From Haliotis cracherodii (taxonomy: Eukaryota), in assembly GCF_022045235.1 (NCBI RefSeq), contig NW_027266273.1:17608001-17672000 (forward strand): a stretch of 64,000 bases of DNA, given 5' to 3'. The notes beneath the pieces are model-generated. The model did not search any database and was not told the origin of the DNA. It saw only the letters and a program-made list of their open reading frames with translations. Shown one piece after another: positions 24,703-37,778 of the stretch. Both the position numbers and the translations under genes were made by a program. Numbering within the stretch: position 1 is the stretch's first letter; the number at the start of each line of letters is the position of its first letter.

Positions 24703-27700
24703 ATGGTCAAATCCAATTGTATGTTTTCTTCTGGCCGGCAGTTAATATTTAAAGATATTGTATCACGTCCTTGGTGATTTTTCAATGTCAAGAATCGAAC
24801 CTGTCGTAGCTGCAGTCGGTGCTGCTGACGGTGGTGTCTGCGTTGTCCTTGATGAGCCAGGTGAAACGACGATCACTCCTCAGGGATATCCTCTCCCAGT
24901 CTGAGCCGGACACGAAGTCGCCGTCAGCGTTGAAGTCGCCTGCGATGATGATGTTCTGTCGGTGAGGAAATAATCATACAAGCCAAATTTCATCACTTAT
25001 TGTTTTTCAAACTTTCATTTGAGATGCACCATAGGTAATCTTATCACTCTGATTGTATACAGTCAGTCAGTTCTCACTAAATGCATGACGTAGGTTGTAT
25101 GGAGGAATCGCAGTGTAAACCTAGAATACTACCTGTTACGTTTTGAAACAACGCGTGGACGAAACATTTTACACCTGTCAATTGCTTACGGAAAGTTTGG
25201 TTTCACGCAGCTTTTAGCATCATTCCAGCTATATGACGGATGCCGGTAAGTAATCGACCCTGGACAAGATAATCCAGTGATTGATATTATGAGCAGCGAC
25301 CTATGCCGTCGGCGTACATCTTCCCGAGGCAAGAGAGTTAACTGACAATAAAAGTCAAGTTTCCACCCTTGCCGAACTAGGCTGGTATTATGGAGTTACA
25401 TTATGGCTGGACTAACGAGTGTATGCGTAGTCCAGTCAAAATCGCGCACCGAAATCGAAATTCGGTTCGTAAACTGTCGTGTAGATTTCGATCGATTGCA
25501 GGATTTGCAAAGCATGTGCACCGCCAACTCGTTGTCAGCAGATACTTTCCAAATCTTTTTTATGTTTTAAATCAAGGTGCTCACGTGATTTGATGCATTT
25601 CGCGATGTAAGACCCGTTTTATCACAACATAGATCTTGATTATCGATCAGATCGTCCTGAATGGGCGACACCATTTTGTGATACGAGAGGTTGAATCTGA
25701 TTGGCCCATAGGAGAGGCTTAGAAGGGACATAACTGGTAATAGCTACTGGTGGCGCTACGATCGAGCCCAGTAATTCCAGCCTTGTTCGGCAAGGGTGGA
25801 AACTGGACTTTAAAGTCAGTTAACTCTCTTGCCTCGGGAAAATGTCGGCGTACGATGATATGCATCAACCAATTCATCGTGGCTGATCACTCCATCCATT
25901 TGATCGCCTCTTAAGACCAGCATTGTATTGGTGAATATATATTCTAACCCGGAATCCCCAAGAGGTTCTAGAATGTTAAGATTGGCGAATCCAAAACTGG
26001 GCTTCAGACACGGCATCGTGTGGGAATGGCATCTGATTCTTCAGGGAGTCAGGCTACCCCACTTGTTTGTTTGTTTGTTTGTTGTTTAACGCCGCACTCC
26101 AATATTCCAGCTATATGACGGTGGTCTGCAAATAATCGAGTCTAGACCAGACAATCCAGTGATTGGCATCATGAGCATCGATCCACCAAATTGGGACACG
26201 ATGACATGCATCAACCAAGTCAGCGAGCCTTGACCACCCGATTCCGTTAGTCGCCTCTAACGACAAGCATAGTCGCCTTTGACGGCAAGCATGGGTTGCA
26301 TGGGTCACGGGTGATCACCCCACCGGTCCAGCTGATGCCATGTGTATCATTACGGAAATGTTCACTTCCAAAGTTGGGCAAGCTTCGTATAGGTCTGCTG
26401 CCTAGTTCAACTCACCTCGATGCCCCAGTGTTTCTTGGTTGCTTCCCACACGTGCACGAGGGCGTTGATCTCAGCTACAGCTTTGCTGGGCGACGTGTGG
26501 ATGGCGATAATAGCAAAATCGTCAATTTCTACAACAAACATTTGCAGTGAGTGAGTATGGTTTCACACATAGTAATCATATCGGGAATCGAACACGGGTC
26601 TTCGGCGTGACGAGTGAACGCTTTAACCACTAGGCTACCCGACCGCCCCCCATATATTTGCAGGCTGAGAAAAAGTTCTGCAGTATTTTTTGTTGGCTGT
26701 TATATTATTTCTATATACTACTAAATGACAACACATTTGAAACGCACAGTTGTTCAACAATCCACATAATGAAATACACATGATATGCAAGGCTGACGGT
26801 GGTTGAAAGTAAACTTGTAATACATTGTTCTAGATATTCACCATATGTTTACACTTTCTTATATCACGAAAATCGATTTGTGTATAATAACGAAGAGAAT
26901 GGTTGTGTCATCTGATACATTTGTTTGTTTGTTTGTTAGTCGTTTAACGCCACACTCAGCAATATTCCAGCTATGTGACGGCGGTCTGTAAATAATCGAG
27001 TCTGGACCAGATAATCCAGTGATTAATATCTTGAGCATCGATCCACACAATTGGAATACGATGACATGCATCAGCCAAGTCGAGGAGCTTGATCCAACGA
27101 TCCCTTTAGTCGCCTCTTACGACAAGCATAGTCGCCTTTTTGGGCAAGCACGGGTTGCTGAAGGCCTATTCTACCCCGGATCTTCTCGGGTTGTCAACAG
27201 TTTATCTACCAGCAACTGCATTACCGAACCAACGTACCCAAGTTTGGACACGTGAACCTGACGGCGTACGGTTCTCTCTCGAAGGAGTCCGTGCCGTCAT
27301 CGACGCCGTCCTCGTACTGGTAGCTGCCCACGATCTGGACTCGACTGGGTCTAAAGACAGAAAGTATAAGTCATGATTTCGGACTAAGTACTAATAGTGA
27401 TGATTTTTTTAAAAACAACTAAAGAAAGCGTTTTAATCTTGTTATGAAACTGAATGTGTTCCAATGGTATGTCATATGACATTTCTGTCAAAAGCAGAGT
27501 CGATTATACGGTTTCGACTACATCGTGAGCATGTGTTATGTATCACTATCAAATAGTGATGACACCAGGTGTTCGCGAAAAGGTGACCGTGTCCGGCCCC
27601 TCCGGTGACACCCGTCACAAACACATACAAAGGCGAATCAATTGTTCACCTGAAAGACACTGGAAGTCAAACTAGGGAATTGCATCGGACATAATTGTCT

Positions 27701-30700
27701 TCACTCATGTATGAAATTTTGAAATGGCATCCGCATGTCTACCAGTTTTGCTGAGGCCTCGAATATTGTAACCTTGAACAAAAGTTGTGAAAAGTAAACA
27801 CCAAAATTGATTGTTGGAAAGTTAAAATCATCCCTCTTGTCATACAGTATCCGGAGAATATAATAAGTCAAAGTCTGATTTGAATAAAAGTGCCTCTGAA
27901 AACCTCGAAGTCCGTTTTCACGCGTTGTAGTCAAGCCTCTAGAGTTGAAGTTTTAATCCAAGACTTGCTAGATATGATTCAAATGAACAATTAAATTAAA
28001 TTTCAGAATGGTTCTATAAAACGTCCTCAAAAAGGACCCTTAAAATGCCTTGTCATTTTCGTCTTTCAACCTTGCATTATTCGCTTAGTGCATCTTCCCG
28101 AGGCAAGGGCGCTGACTGACTATAAAAGCCGAGTTTCTACCCTTGCCGAACTAGGCTGGAATTCCGCGGTTACATTTTGGCTGGACTAACGAGTCTATGC
28201 GTAGTCCAATCAAAATCGCGTTCGTTAACAACATAATTTCGGTTGACTGAAGAATTTGCAACGCATGTGCACCGACGTGTGGGCATCGACAGATATTTTG
28301 CAAATATTTTCATGTTTCTAATCAAGGTGCTCAAGTAAATTTGTCCACTTCGCGAGGTAAGACCCGTTTTATCACATAGAGATCTTTATTATCGATCAGT
28401 TAGTAGGTGAGAGGGACTCACCTGTAGAGGAACGCGTACTGTTCCTTCGAGACGGTCCTTCCTAGCCTCTCGCTCACATCGGCCACGAAAGGGTCATCGG
28501 GGTCGACTCTGCAACACAGCATTCAGTGTGTCAGTTTCAGTCAAACACTTCAGAACTATTTGATTTAAGAAGTGCATTTGTGATCCTAGAGAGTTGTCAT
28601 GTCGACGACACGATCCTTATAAAAATAATACGCTGACACTAGTCCATTCCATAATGTTCAGTCACTATACAAAGATAATAGGCTTCTTCATCAAACTGGC
28701 GTTTGTTGTTTCGTCTTACAGAAAGGCACATATATTTGACAATTTACTTCCCTCAAGAAGTGGTGAAAGTGATATCAATACGATATCCTGGCTAAGTATT
28801 GTGAACATTCAATGATAACTACATTCATAAACGTTTATGGGGGCACAGTAGAGATTCAGTACTCAATTCCTGCCTATTTAGAGCATGATATGGAAAAAAA
28901 CGTTTGTAACATCTGCTTCATTGAAAGATGCTGCTGAATATTTACACGCTCAGCTTCGTCTTCAACTTTCATTCCAATTAACAGTAGATCAAACTGCTTC
29001 AAACAAACGTTGGTGTGCTTCATGACACGTTTCATCAGTTGAGAAGGAGGCGGCGACTCGGAGTTCACTACGATTAATCAGGGGAGCTTACAGCAAGGAA
29101 ACAGTATACGACCTTACCTCTTCACTGTAGACTGTTGATGGCGTTAGGCCATGTACAGTATAGAAGCGTACTTGTTCAACATGGTGAGTGTAAGATCACG
29201 TTACAGGACGTAAAGAGATCTACTTGTTCATCATGAGTTACTGTTAGTTCATGTAACAGGACGTCTAGAGGCCTACTTGTCCAGCATGATTTACTGTTAG
29301 TTCATGTTACAGGACGTCTAGAGACCTACTTGTTCATCATGAGTTACTGTTAGTTCATGTTACAGGACGCCTAGAGGCCTACTTGTCCAGGATCTTTACT
29401 ATTAGTTCATGTTACAGGACGTCTAGTGGCCTACTTGTTCAGCTTGAGTTACTGTTAGTTCATGTTACAGGACGCCTAGAGGCCTACTTGTCCAGGATCT
29501 TTACTGTTAGTTCATGTTACAGGACGCCTAGATGCCTACTTGTCCAGCATATTTACTGTTAGTTCATGTTACAGGACGCCTAGAGGCCTACTTGTTCAGC
29601 ATGATTTACTGTTAGTTCATGCTACAGGACACCTACAGGCCTACTTGTCCAGGATATTTACTGTTAGTTCATGTTACAGGACGTCTAGAGGCCTACTTGT
29701 TCAGCATGATTTACTGTTAGTTCTAGAGGCCTACTTGTTCAGCATGATTTACTGTTAGTTCTAGAGGCCTACTTGTTCAACATGGTGAGAAGGTTGTCCA
29801 GCGCTGTCTTCCCCTTGTCTCGGATCTCCTGGAGCAACACCAGGTCATATCTGTGCACCACCTGCAGCAAGAGGAGACCCTTAGTTCATCCTTCTACATG
29901 AACAACCGAGTCCCAATGCATAGGTCTTTTGCGAAGACACAAGTACTCTCTGTGTGACACATGCTACTGACAACGCAAACACTTGGGGTGGTATAGTCAC
30001 TCAGGGGAGGTACAAACACTTGGGATGGTATAGTCACACAGGGGCGGTACAAACACTCAGGGTGGTATAGTCACACAGGGGCGGTACAAAAACTCAGGGT
30101 GGTATAGTCACTCAGGGGCGGTACAAACACTCGGGGTGGTATAGTCACTCAGGGCGGTACAAACACTCAGGGTGGTATAGTCACACAGGGGCGGTACAAA
30201 CACTCGGGGTGGTATAGTCACTCAGGGCGGTACAAACACTCGGGATGGTATAGTCTCTCGGGGCGGTTCAAACACTCGGGATGGCATAGTCTCTCGGAGC
30301 GGTACAAACACTCGGGATGGTATAGTCTCTCGGGACGGTTCAAACACTCGGGATGGTATAGTCTCTCGGGGCGGTACAAACACTCGGGGTGGTATAGTCA
30401 CTCAGGGCCGTACAAAAACTCAGGGTGGTATAGTCACACAGGGGCGGTACAAAAACTCGGGGTGGTATAGTCACACAGGGGCGGTACAAACACTCAGGGT
30501 TGTATAGTCACCCAGGGCGGTACAAAAACTCAGGGTGGTATAGTCACACAGGGACGGTACAAACACTCAGGGTGGTATATTCACTCAGGGGCGGTACAAA
30601 CACTCAGGGCGGTACAAACACTCGGGGTGGTATAGTCACACAGGGGCGGTACAAACACTCAGGGTGGTATAGTCACTCAGGGGCGGTACAAACACTGGGG

Positions 30701-32006
30701 GTGGTATAGTCACTCAGGGGCGGTACAAACACTCAGGGTGGTATAGTCACTCAGGGCGGTACAAAAACTCGGGGTGGTATAGTCACACAGGGACGGTACA
30801 AACACTCAGGGTGGTATATTCACTCAGGGGCGGTACAAACACTCGGGATGGTATAGTCACTCAGGGGCGGTACAAACACTCGGGGTGGTATAGTCACACA
30901 GGGGCGGTACAAACACTCAGGGTGGTATAGTCACACAGGGGCGGTACAAACACTCAGGGTGGTATAGTCACACAGGGGCGGTACAAACATTCAGGGTGGT
31001 ATATTCACTCAGGGGCGGTACAAACACTCGGGGTGGTATAGTCACACAGGGGCGGTACAAAAACTCAGGGTGGTATAGTCACACAGGGGCGGTACAAACA
31101 CTCAGGGTGGTATAGTCACTCAGGGCGGTACAAAAACTCAGGGTGGTATAGTCACTCAGGGCGGTAGAAAAACTCGGGGTGGTATAGTCACACAGGGGCG
31201 GTATAAACACTCGGGGTGGTATAGTCCTTCGGGGCGTTACACACATTAAAGATGGTATAGTCACTCGGATGGTATAGTCACCGAGTGTGGGTACCGCCAC
31301 ACACACTCGGGATGGTATAGTTACTCAGGGCGGTACAAACACTCGGGGAGGTATAGTCAATCGGGGTGGTATAGTCCATCGGGGCGGTATACAAACTCGG
31401 GATGGTATAGTTACTCAGGGCGGTACAATCACTTGGGGTGGTATAGTCAGTCGGGGACGATACAAGCCAGCCGGGAAAGAAAGGTGACTTGTTGACTGCT
31501 GAGCCCCAATCGCCCTCCTCCAGGCTTTCTTCTGGCTATGCCCATCCAGCTCCCCCCCCTTCCGTGAATACAGTGTGGATCAATAAACAGGTTAGCTGCA
31601 TTGAAAGAACACATAAAATAGTCGCATCCACCTGCATAACAACAGAATGTGCGACACGCTAGAAAAAACATCGCGTCGCAGTCAATAGAACCTGCTGGTA
31701 ACAACAGAAATATGGGGTGGTTCCCCTTGCGCCTGTATAGGCACAATAGCCGCAGAAGACGCTGAAACACCCTGGGTGACCTATTTTCGTTGATTGTGTA
31801 TTGTTTTCAGGTCCGTGGTTCGAATCCCATCGCGTGAATCGGAAATGTTACGGAATCTACATCATTGTTATATGAAACAGTCGATGAACTTACCTTCGAA
31901 ATAATACTGGTGACATTTTTGTTTTTCATCTTCTTCCTCCCAAACACCTGTATGTTGAATGCCGCCACCCGCAGGGGAGGGGCAGCGAGCGCGGGGATGG
32001 AGTCAT
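22599..32006 (-). CDS. DNASE1-like: Deoxyribonuclease I family protein with C-terminal extension; exons 31894-32006, 29773-29861, 28422-28508, 27238-27350, 26416-26528, 24801-24955, 23771-23867, 23569-23620, 22599-23026; first (signal-peptide) exon not found
   Basis: LRVAAFNIQVFG, YDLVLLQEIRD, SERLGRTVSKEQYAFLYR, DSFEREPY, IHTSP, AGDFNAD, WLIKDNADTTVSSTDCSYDRFVV, VSDHYPIEL. All introns are GT-AG with consistent phases. N7, E39, E78, H134, D168, N170, D212, D251 and H252 equivalents are present. Confidence 0.95.
23220..23458 (-). mobile_element. SINE family D
   Basis: Matches consensus. Confidence 0.8.
23950..24185 (+). mobile_element. SINE family D
   Basis: Matches consensus. Confidence 0.85.
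25317..25844. mobile_element. MITE family E with 8-bp TSD, inserted in an old SINE D copy
   Basis: TSD tcggcgta at 25309-25316 and 25845-25852; internal orientation opposite to the 20451 copy. Confidence 0.9.
26063..26305 (-). mobile_element. SINE family D
   Basis: Matches consensus. Confidence 0.85.
26920..27191 (-). mobile_element. SINE family D
   Basis: Matches consensus. Confidence 0.85.
27720..27870 (-). mobile_element. Penelope-like element RT fragment (decayed)
   Basis: LYDKRDDFNFPTINF-GVYFSQL resembles the PLE motif YDKRDDFNFxIVNFP...YGVYxSQL. Confidence 0.65.
28091..28398. mobile_element. MITE family E, truncated/diverged
   Basis: One TIR (catcttcccgaggcaag) plus internal homology. 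Confidence 0.75.
29168..29790. repeat. 53-bp minisatellite reiterating the DNase I exon-end/splice-donor sequence
   Basis: Unit ctacttgt(t/c)cagcatgatttactgttagttcatgttacaggacgtctagaggc, period 53 (29221 to 29274), ~11 units. Confidence 0.9.
29975..31470. repeat. 36-37-bp G-rich minisatellite, ~40 units, in a DNase I intron
   Basis: Unit gtacaaacactc(a/g)gggtggtatagtcac(a/t)caggggcg. Confidence 0.95.
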
Positions 32007-32280
32007 CTGGGAGGCAAACAAAACGTGATATGAATGTTAATCGATACGACAGGGGATAGGAGTAGGGTAAATGTTTTATTACATATATGTGGTCTGTAAG
32101 AGGAACGAGTATTGTCGCTGACATGTATTACACATTTACTGAAACTCCTAAAATTATCGATCTCGAAATTCAGGGCAAATTCCAACAATTATTTAAATTT
32201 GAGTGCTAATGTAATTCAAAATATCCAAAATAGCCCACACGCTCAGCAGTACTTAAATATATATAGTGAGTGCATTAGAC

Positions 32281-32441
32281 TAAACGTGCTGTGTTTTCAA
32301 TGTAGAGGTAGGTTACCTGTAGATTTAACCCCGCTAAATTGAATTTGGAAACGAACGCGCAGTGTGAGGTTTCAAATGTTAAATTTAGCGCGGTTAAATC
32401 TACAGGTAATCTAGCTCTACATTGAAAACACAGTACGTTTA
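32281..32441. repeat. Foldback / hairpin element with ~70-bp arms
   Basis: taaacgtgctgtgttttcaatgtagag..ttacctgtagatttaacc is mirrored by ggttaaatctacaggtaa..ctctacattgaaaacacagtacgttta. Confidence 0.8.
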
Positions 32442-33871
32442 TCTCCATTCTACCATGACTAAATAATATATAAAACGCGAACTCTTTGGTCTTAGCAAAT
32501 ATAATGAGTGAATCGACATGGGTTGAGTCCAGTGTTTTGAGTGGGTTATCGATCTGAATTACGGAATCACTAAACAAATTATGGCCTGTATATACTCAAG
32601 CAGTGTGTTTACACCGTAATACTTCACTCGAACATATGACAGGCATTGAAAGCATATAAGCACGGCCCCCTGGTAAGCTAACATGAGGTGGGCATCCGTA
32701 AAGAAAGCAGAGCAAGCTTTGCAAGGCTTTCGCTCGACATCGCGCGTCACCATTATGACGTCATATCGGTCATTGTGACGCAAAAGATATGACGTAACAG
32801 TCGTATATAGAAAAGCGCCAAAATTCTAAGCTCTCTGTTGTCTCCAAAACGTAAATACATTCCCTTTGTAGATTTCTGTGGTGTTTTCTGCATGAAATGT
32901 ATTGCCACACATCCTTTGAATATTTCAGTAACCGCATCTGTGCATTTTGCAACCTGTTATTTTAGATATAATTATTCAAATATGCCTACCGACAATGACT
33001 GAAAATAGTACTATTCTATGAATATTAGCTTCCGCGGTGATGCGGCTGTCAAACCAGATGTTTCAATCAGAGGGGGTTTATTGTGATTTAATAGCCTCTG
33101 ATTGACCAATCAGAATCGGGTAAATTTCAAATTCATGGTAGAATTAGTTAGTGAGTATGATTTTACGCCGCCATTAGAAATATTCCAACAATATCTCGAC
33201 GAGGACACGAGAAAGGGGATTTACACATTGTACCCATGTAGAGAGTCGAATCTAGGCCTTCGGGTAATGAGAGAACGCTTTTACTACAAAGCTACCCTAC
33301 TACCCTCTTTTCATAGAGAAAAGATAGGTTTAAACAAGACAATCACTAACAGTAGGTCTCATGTATTTTCCGCTGTTGAATTCACTCATTTGTATAAATG
33401 GTATTTCTTGTTTATTGTTTAACGCCTCACGCAATATTCCAGCTATTTAACGGAGGGCTGTAAACAATCGAGTCTGAACCAGACAAACCAAGGGTTGATA
33501 TTATGAGCAACGTCACGCGCCGTGATGCTGTGACACCTATTCAATTCTAACCCAGAGACCCCACGTTGTCTGTCTCACAGAGGTAACCCAGCAGCGTTAA
33601 CGTTGCAAGGGTTGTTGCATTATCCAACCAAAGGCTTAATCCCCTTTCCCTTGTCCGTGCACTGGTAACCACGGTGATAAACACATAACACAACCGATGT
33701 CACCTGTCCTCCGTCAGAACACAGCGGACATTGATCCCACCAGCAACCACCATACAGATAAATGAGAGACGTCCCGTCGACCGTCAACCTTGCACATGGT
33801 CTGTCACACAGTCCCTGCACCATATTAGTTCCCTCCCGCCCAGCCCTATCTGTAATGCTATAGCTCTACAT

Positions 33872-34146
33872 GAGTGAGTGAGTGAGTTGGGTTATGCGCC
33901 GCTTTTAACAGTATTCAAGTTATATCGCGGCGTGTCAGCTTAATGTGGGAGGAAAGCTCGAAGTTACCCAGACATTTACCACTTCGGTGAAACCCACGAG
34001 CACGGGTGTGGTGCTGACAAACCGAGAAACATAATCGGGACGAACCGGGATTCGAACCCACAATCATAGGTTTCTGGCGTGTCCAAGGGACGCAACTCTG
34101 CACAGCGAATCGCGGCGCCTTAGACGACTGGGCCACCCGTGCCCCT
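33872..34146 (-). mobile_element. SINE family C
   Basis: TSD tagctctacatga. Confidence 0.88.
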
Positions 34147-34979
34147 AGCTCTACATGAAGCAAGTCTTGAGTTCCACTGGTTACATTTAAATCTCTCATC
34201 TCACCGGGGTTACTATTTAATTTAAATTCAGCTGCTTGTTTCTATCAAAATTATATAATTTCAGATACTAAGCGTTAGTGTACTTTGCATGTGGAATCTG
34301 AAATCGTCTTGTTCACGAATAATGAAATAACCGGACGGCTGCAGACGGCTACAGAGGAGAAGATAGAGGCGAGGGTTCGAGGTGTGGGTGATGGTTTGGG
34401 AGTGAGGATCGGGCCGGGGTAGATTGGGCCGGACCGGGGAGACGTTCGTCGTTGTACAAAGAGCTGATTGTACATTTTTCAATTTCTGACAACTGAATAA
34501 TATTTGTGTCGATGAATGGTTTCTTTTGAGTTGACGATAGGCATGACGAGGTTCCGTCAAACATAGAACATCGAAGGTAAAATGAATAGCCGGGGATAAG
34601 CAGTAGTCACAGGTTCAGGCTAAAATATAATCCTTTGTACCCGTTTTAAACCCCGCGCCACATTTATTGGTCCATGACTGCCGGGAAGCTTACAGGTCTT
34701 CGCGCTTGCCTCGCTTTGCGTTTTACTGTGTGAAAGTTTAAAATTCTAGTGGTATTTACCGCGATTTCAAAGTGCATTGCGTTTTACTGAGGGTTAGTTA
34801 TAAACCTCTTCGCATTGCCTCTATTTTAAAGTGCATTACTTAAGCTGGTTTTGTTCCCTGATCCTTCCATGTATTTAGTTATTAATAAAACAGAGTTTGT
34901 TCTTACTTTGTTATCACGCTGCATGGGATTAACCGTTACTGTGTGTATAAACGCGCTTACAGTAGTTAGTGACTGATAC

Positions 34980-35493
34980 TAAAGTACTCACGGAAATGAA
35001 AAAAAAACCTGTTCTCAAATTAAAAATCGACACAAAGTGTTACGTAACTGTAAATACGAAATAACAAAACAACTCGAAAAGTACTAGTCTGGATTTGCTA
35101 GTTTGATCTCAGTGAACAATACAAAATGTACTTTACAGGAGGTAATTTGTCGGCACTTTCAACATTCAAAAATAAAATAACATCCAAATTGACATAGCAG
35201 AAACAGACTATAGGCATTATGCACCTGTTCTCACCTGTCGTCAAGGTGTCATAGGTCACCTTGATCTACTTACACCTGGTTATGCCCTGTTTCACAATAG
35301 TCTGTTTTATTCACATTTTTACACACTTTTACGTGTAAAAAGGCATAAAAACATTTGATACGCTGTATTTGTGCCACGGCCCAATTAGTACTAATTTAGT
35401 TGTTTGAATATTTACATATTTTGTATATTAACTGCATTTATTTAAGATCTGAGGTCGAAAAAACAGGTTTTTTCCATTTCCGTGAGTACTTTA
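34980..35493. mobile_element. MITE family F (~510 bp, TIR aagtactcacggaaatg, TA-flanked)
   Basis: TIRs at both ends; inverted copy at 62538-63050. Confidence 0.88.
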
Positions 35494-36296
35494 ATGCATA
35501 TTTTTGTTGATGCTATTATGATAATATTTTTAAATATTCACAGTGGAATAATTAATGTTTGGAAATATTGGAGGATGGGTCTGTACAATCTAGTAACATT
35601 AATTGCAACATAATGCGAGTCACAAATACCGAATATCAAATACAGTTTCCACTGTGGGAAGACAAAATGTCTCTGAAAATTTGCAAAATCTTATCACACG
35701 CCCAAACATCTCATTGCTTTTAGACCAGGGGGGATTATCTCTCACAGGTTAGTCCTTGCCTCACTTAGTAATACAACTTCTAAATGCCTCTCAAAAAAGG
35801 TATTGAGCTGTCATTGAGTACTATAACTCAGGATGAATGTGTATCTATGATCATGTGAATTGTATTCGCTATATCCAAATGTACGAAAGCTCACTAACAT
35901 GTAAGTAAACTCAGTTCACTGAAATTTAAGTACGTAATTGAGACAATCGCAATGACCAGTTAACAAGAAATCACTAAGATAATAATTGATAGTGGGAAAG
36001 CCAAAAACATTATTGCAAAATGGCATTGCACTTGTGTGAATGTCGAATATATTCCCAACGGTCGGTGTGGCCGTAGCCTTGTATACCAGTGTTTTAAGTA
36101 CCGAGTGAAACGAACTCGGTGACACCATGCACTGGAAATGTTGTTTTGTTTCATGTCAAACAACTTTCATCGCTTCTGATGATGTTATCACCACCCAGAA
36201 CTATTAGCCGTTCTGGAGCCAGGGGCAACCAGATGCTGTCAGGTGGGCGCCTGTTTTTGTAGTATGTGTTGTTGGAGAATCGTTTGTTCAAATGGT

Positions 36297-36342
36297 TATT
36301 CATATTCATATTCATATTCATATTCATATTCATATTCATATT
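36297..36342. repeat. (ATATTC)n microsatellite
   Basis: Directly visible. Confidence 0.9.
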
Positions 36343-37694
36343 CCCCCCTCCCCCGGCCGTGTCTGCCCCTTTCACATAGATACAAGTGTACAGTTTTATA
36401 TGACAGTGAATGCATTTCCAGAAGTACGTACTACATTCTAATTGGACAATATAAGCAACAAATATGATCTCGTTTGACTGGACATGAATAAATTGACTTT
36501 ACCCGATTGACCGGTTGACCTTTATCTTATCTATGTATAATGAAGCTGATACTTAATATGGACAGATATCATGTCGCTTGGAGCGTCAATCAGCAATCCT
36601 TAATTACAAATGATGGACAACGTCACAAAGGACGGACAGGTCAAGCTGGACACTGAATTATCTAATATTACATTTATTGCGTGACGTCAGTGCGCCAACT
36701 GTGCTTCACGATCAGGTTTCAACGATTTAACTTCTAACTTTATATTTCTTAATGCTTATTAAGTATTATTCCGTGTGTATATTTTGTAAACGTCTACATG
36801 TAAAAGTAGTTTATGACAGTAGTTTTATATGATCTGATAGTTCATTCGTGACCAACTTGTGTTATTCCCGGACAAGTCTTCTTGCAGGTTACGGATGGGG
36901 CGAGCGGTGACGAATGCTGATAGATCGATCTGTGGAAGTGTACAGCTAATAAAAGATTGACCCTTGCTGTCTGTTATTGTTTTCTAATCGCCACTCATTA
37001 CTGCTTTACCTTTTCTAAACAATAGATGGTGGCAAACTGACGAGACCCGGATCACGTTTCATAAATGACGATACAGTTTCACAAGATGTCCATTTTCAAT
37101 AATAGACGTCGATAGAACATCAACAACATTGCCGATAGGACATACGTACATACGTGGAATCACAGGTGCGGAAACGTCCCGTCAACATTATTATCTCAAG
37201 GAAACAATTGTCCATAATGGTGCCTATGTGACGACATTATTGAAACACTGTCTGGAACTAACCTTCCAACGCCGCTAGTCTTTTTGTCCCTCGTCTTGAG
37301 GTAGCCATGATGTATCCACTGATAGTATGGACGACAAGCGATTGGTTCTGGGGAATATTTCGATTATAAAAAGGGAAGCCCTATTCACACGAGGTGACTT
37401 TTCCCCGGGGGGAGGGAGTCAGGTACAAAGGACATATTCATAAGGGTCGCGGGACAACTGGTTTCACCTGTTTTTTATCTCGAGGGGGCGCATAAGGACA
37501 CGTGGGTCATATATCATATGATTCTGGACGTCGACTTTGTCAAGTGATAAATTATTGCTGTGCTTGAAGAAATAACTGTATTTACACTGTTAATAACAGG
37601 GCAAGGCTTTATCGTGTTAATGTCTCTGAACATGGTGTATGAAGTTAGCATTTGTTACACAGGGATTAGTACTGCCAATTATACTGGTTTTCAA

Positions 37695-37696
<2 letters not shown>

Positions 37697-37776
<80 letters not shown>
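37697..37776. repeat. (TA)n microsatellite
   Basis: Directly visible. Confidence 0.95.

Positions 37777-37778
<2 letters not shown>

Noticed and set aside
29168-31470. CRISPR-like arrays
   Set aside because: Head-to-tail repeats without unique spacers, in introns of a eukaryotic gene; no cas genes
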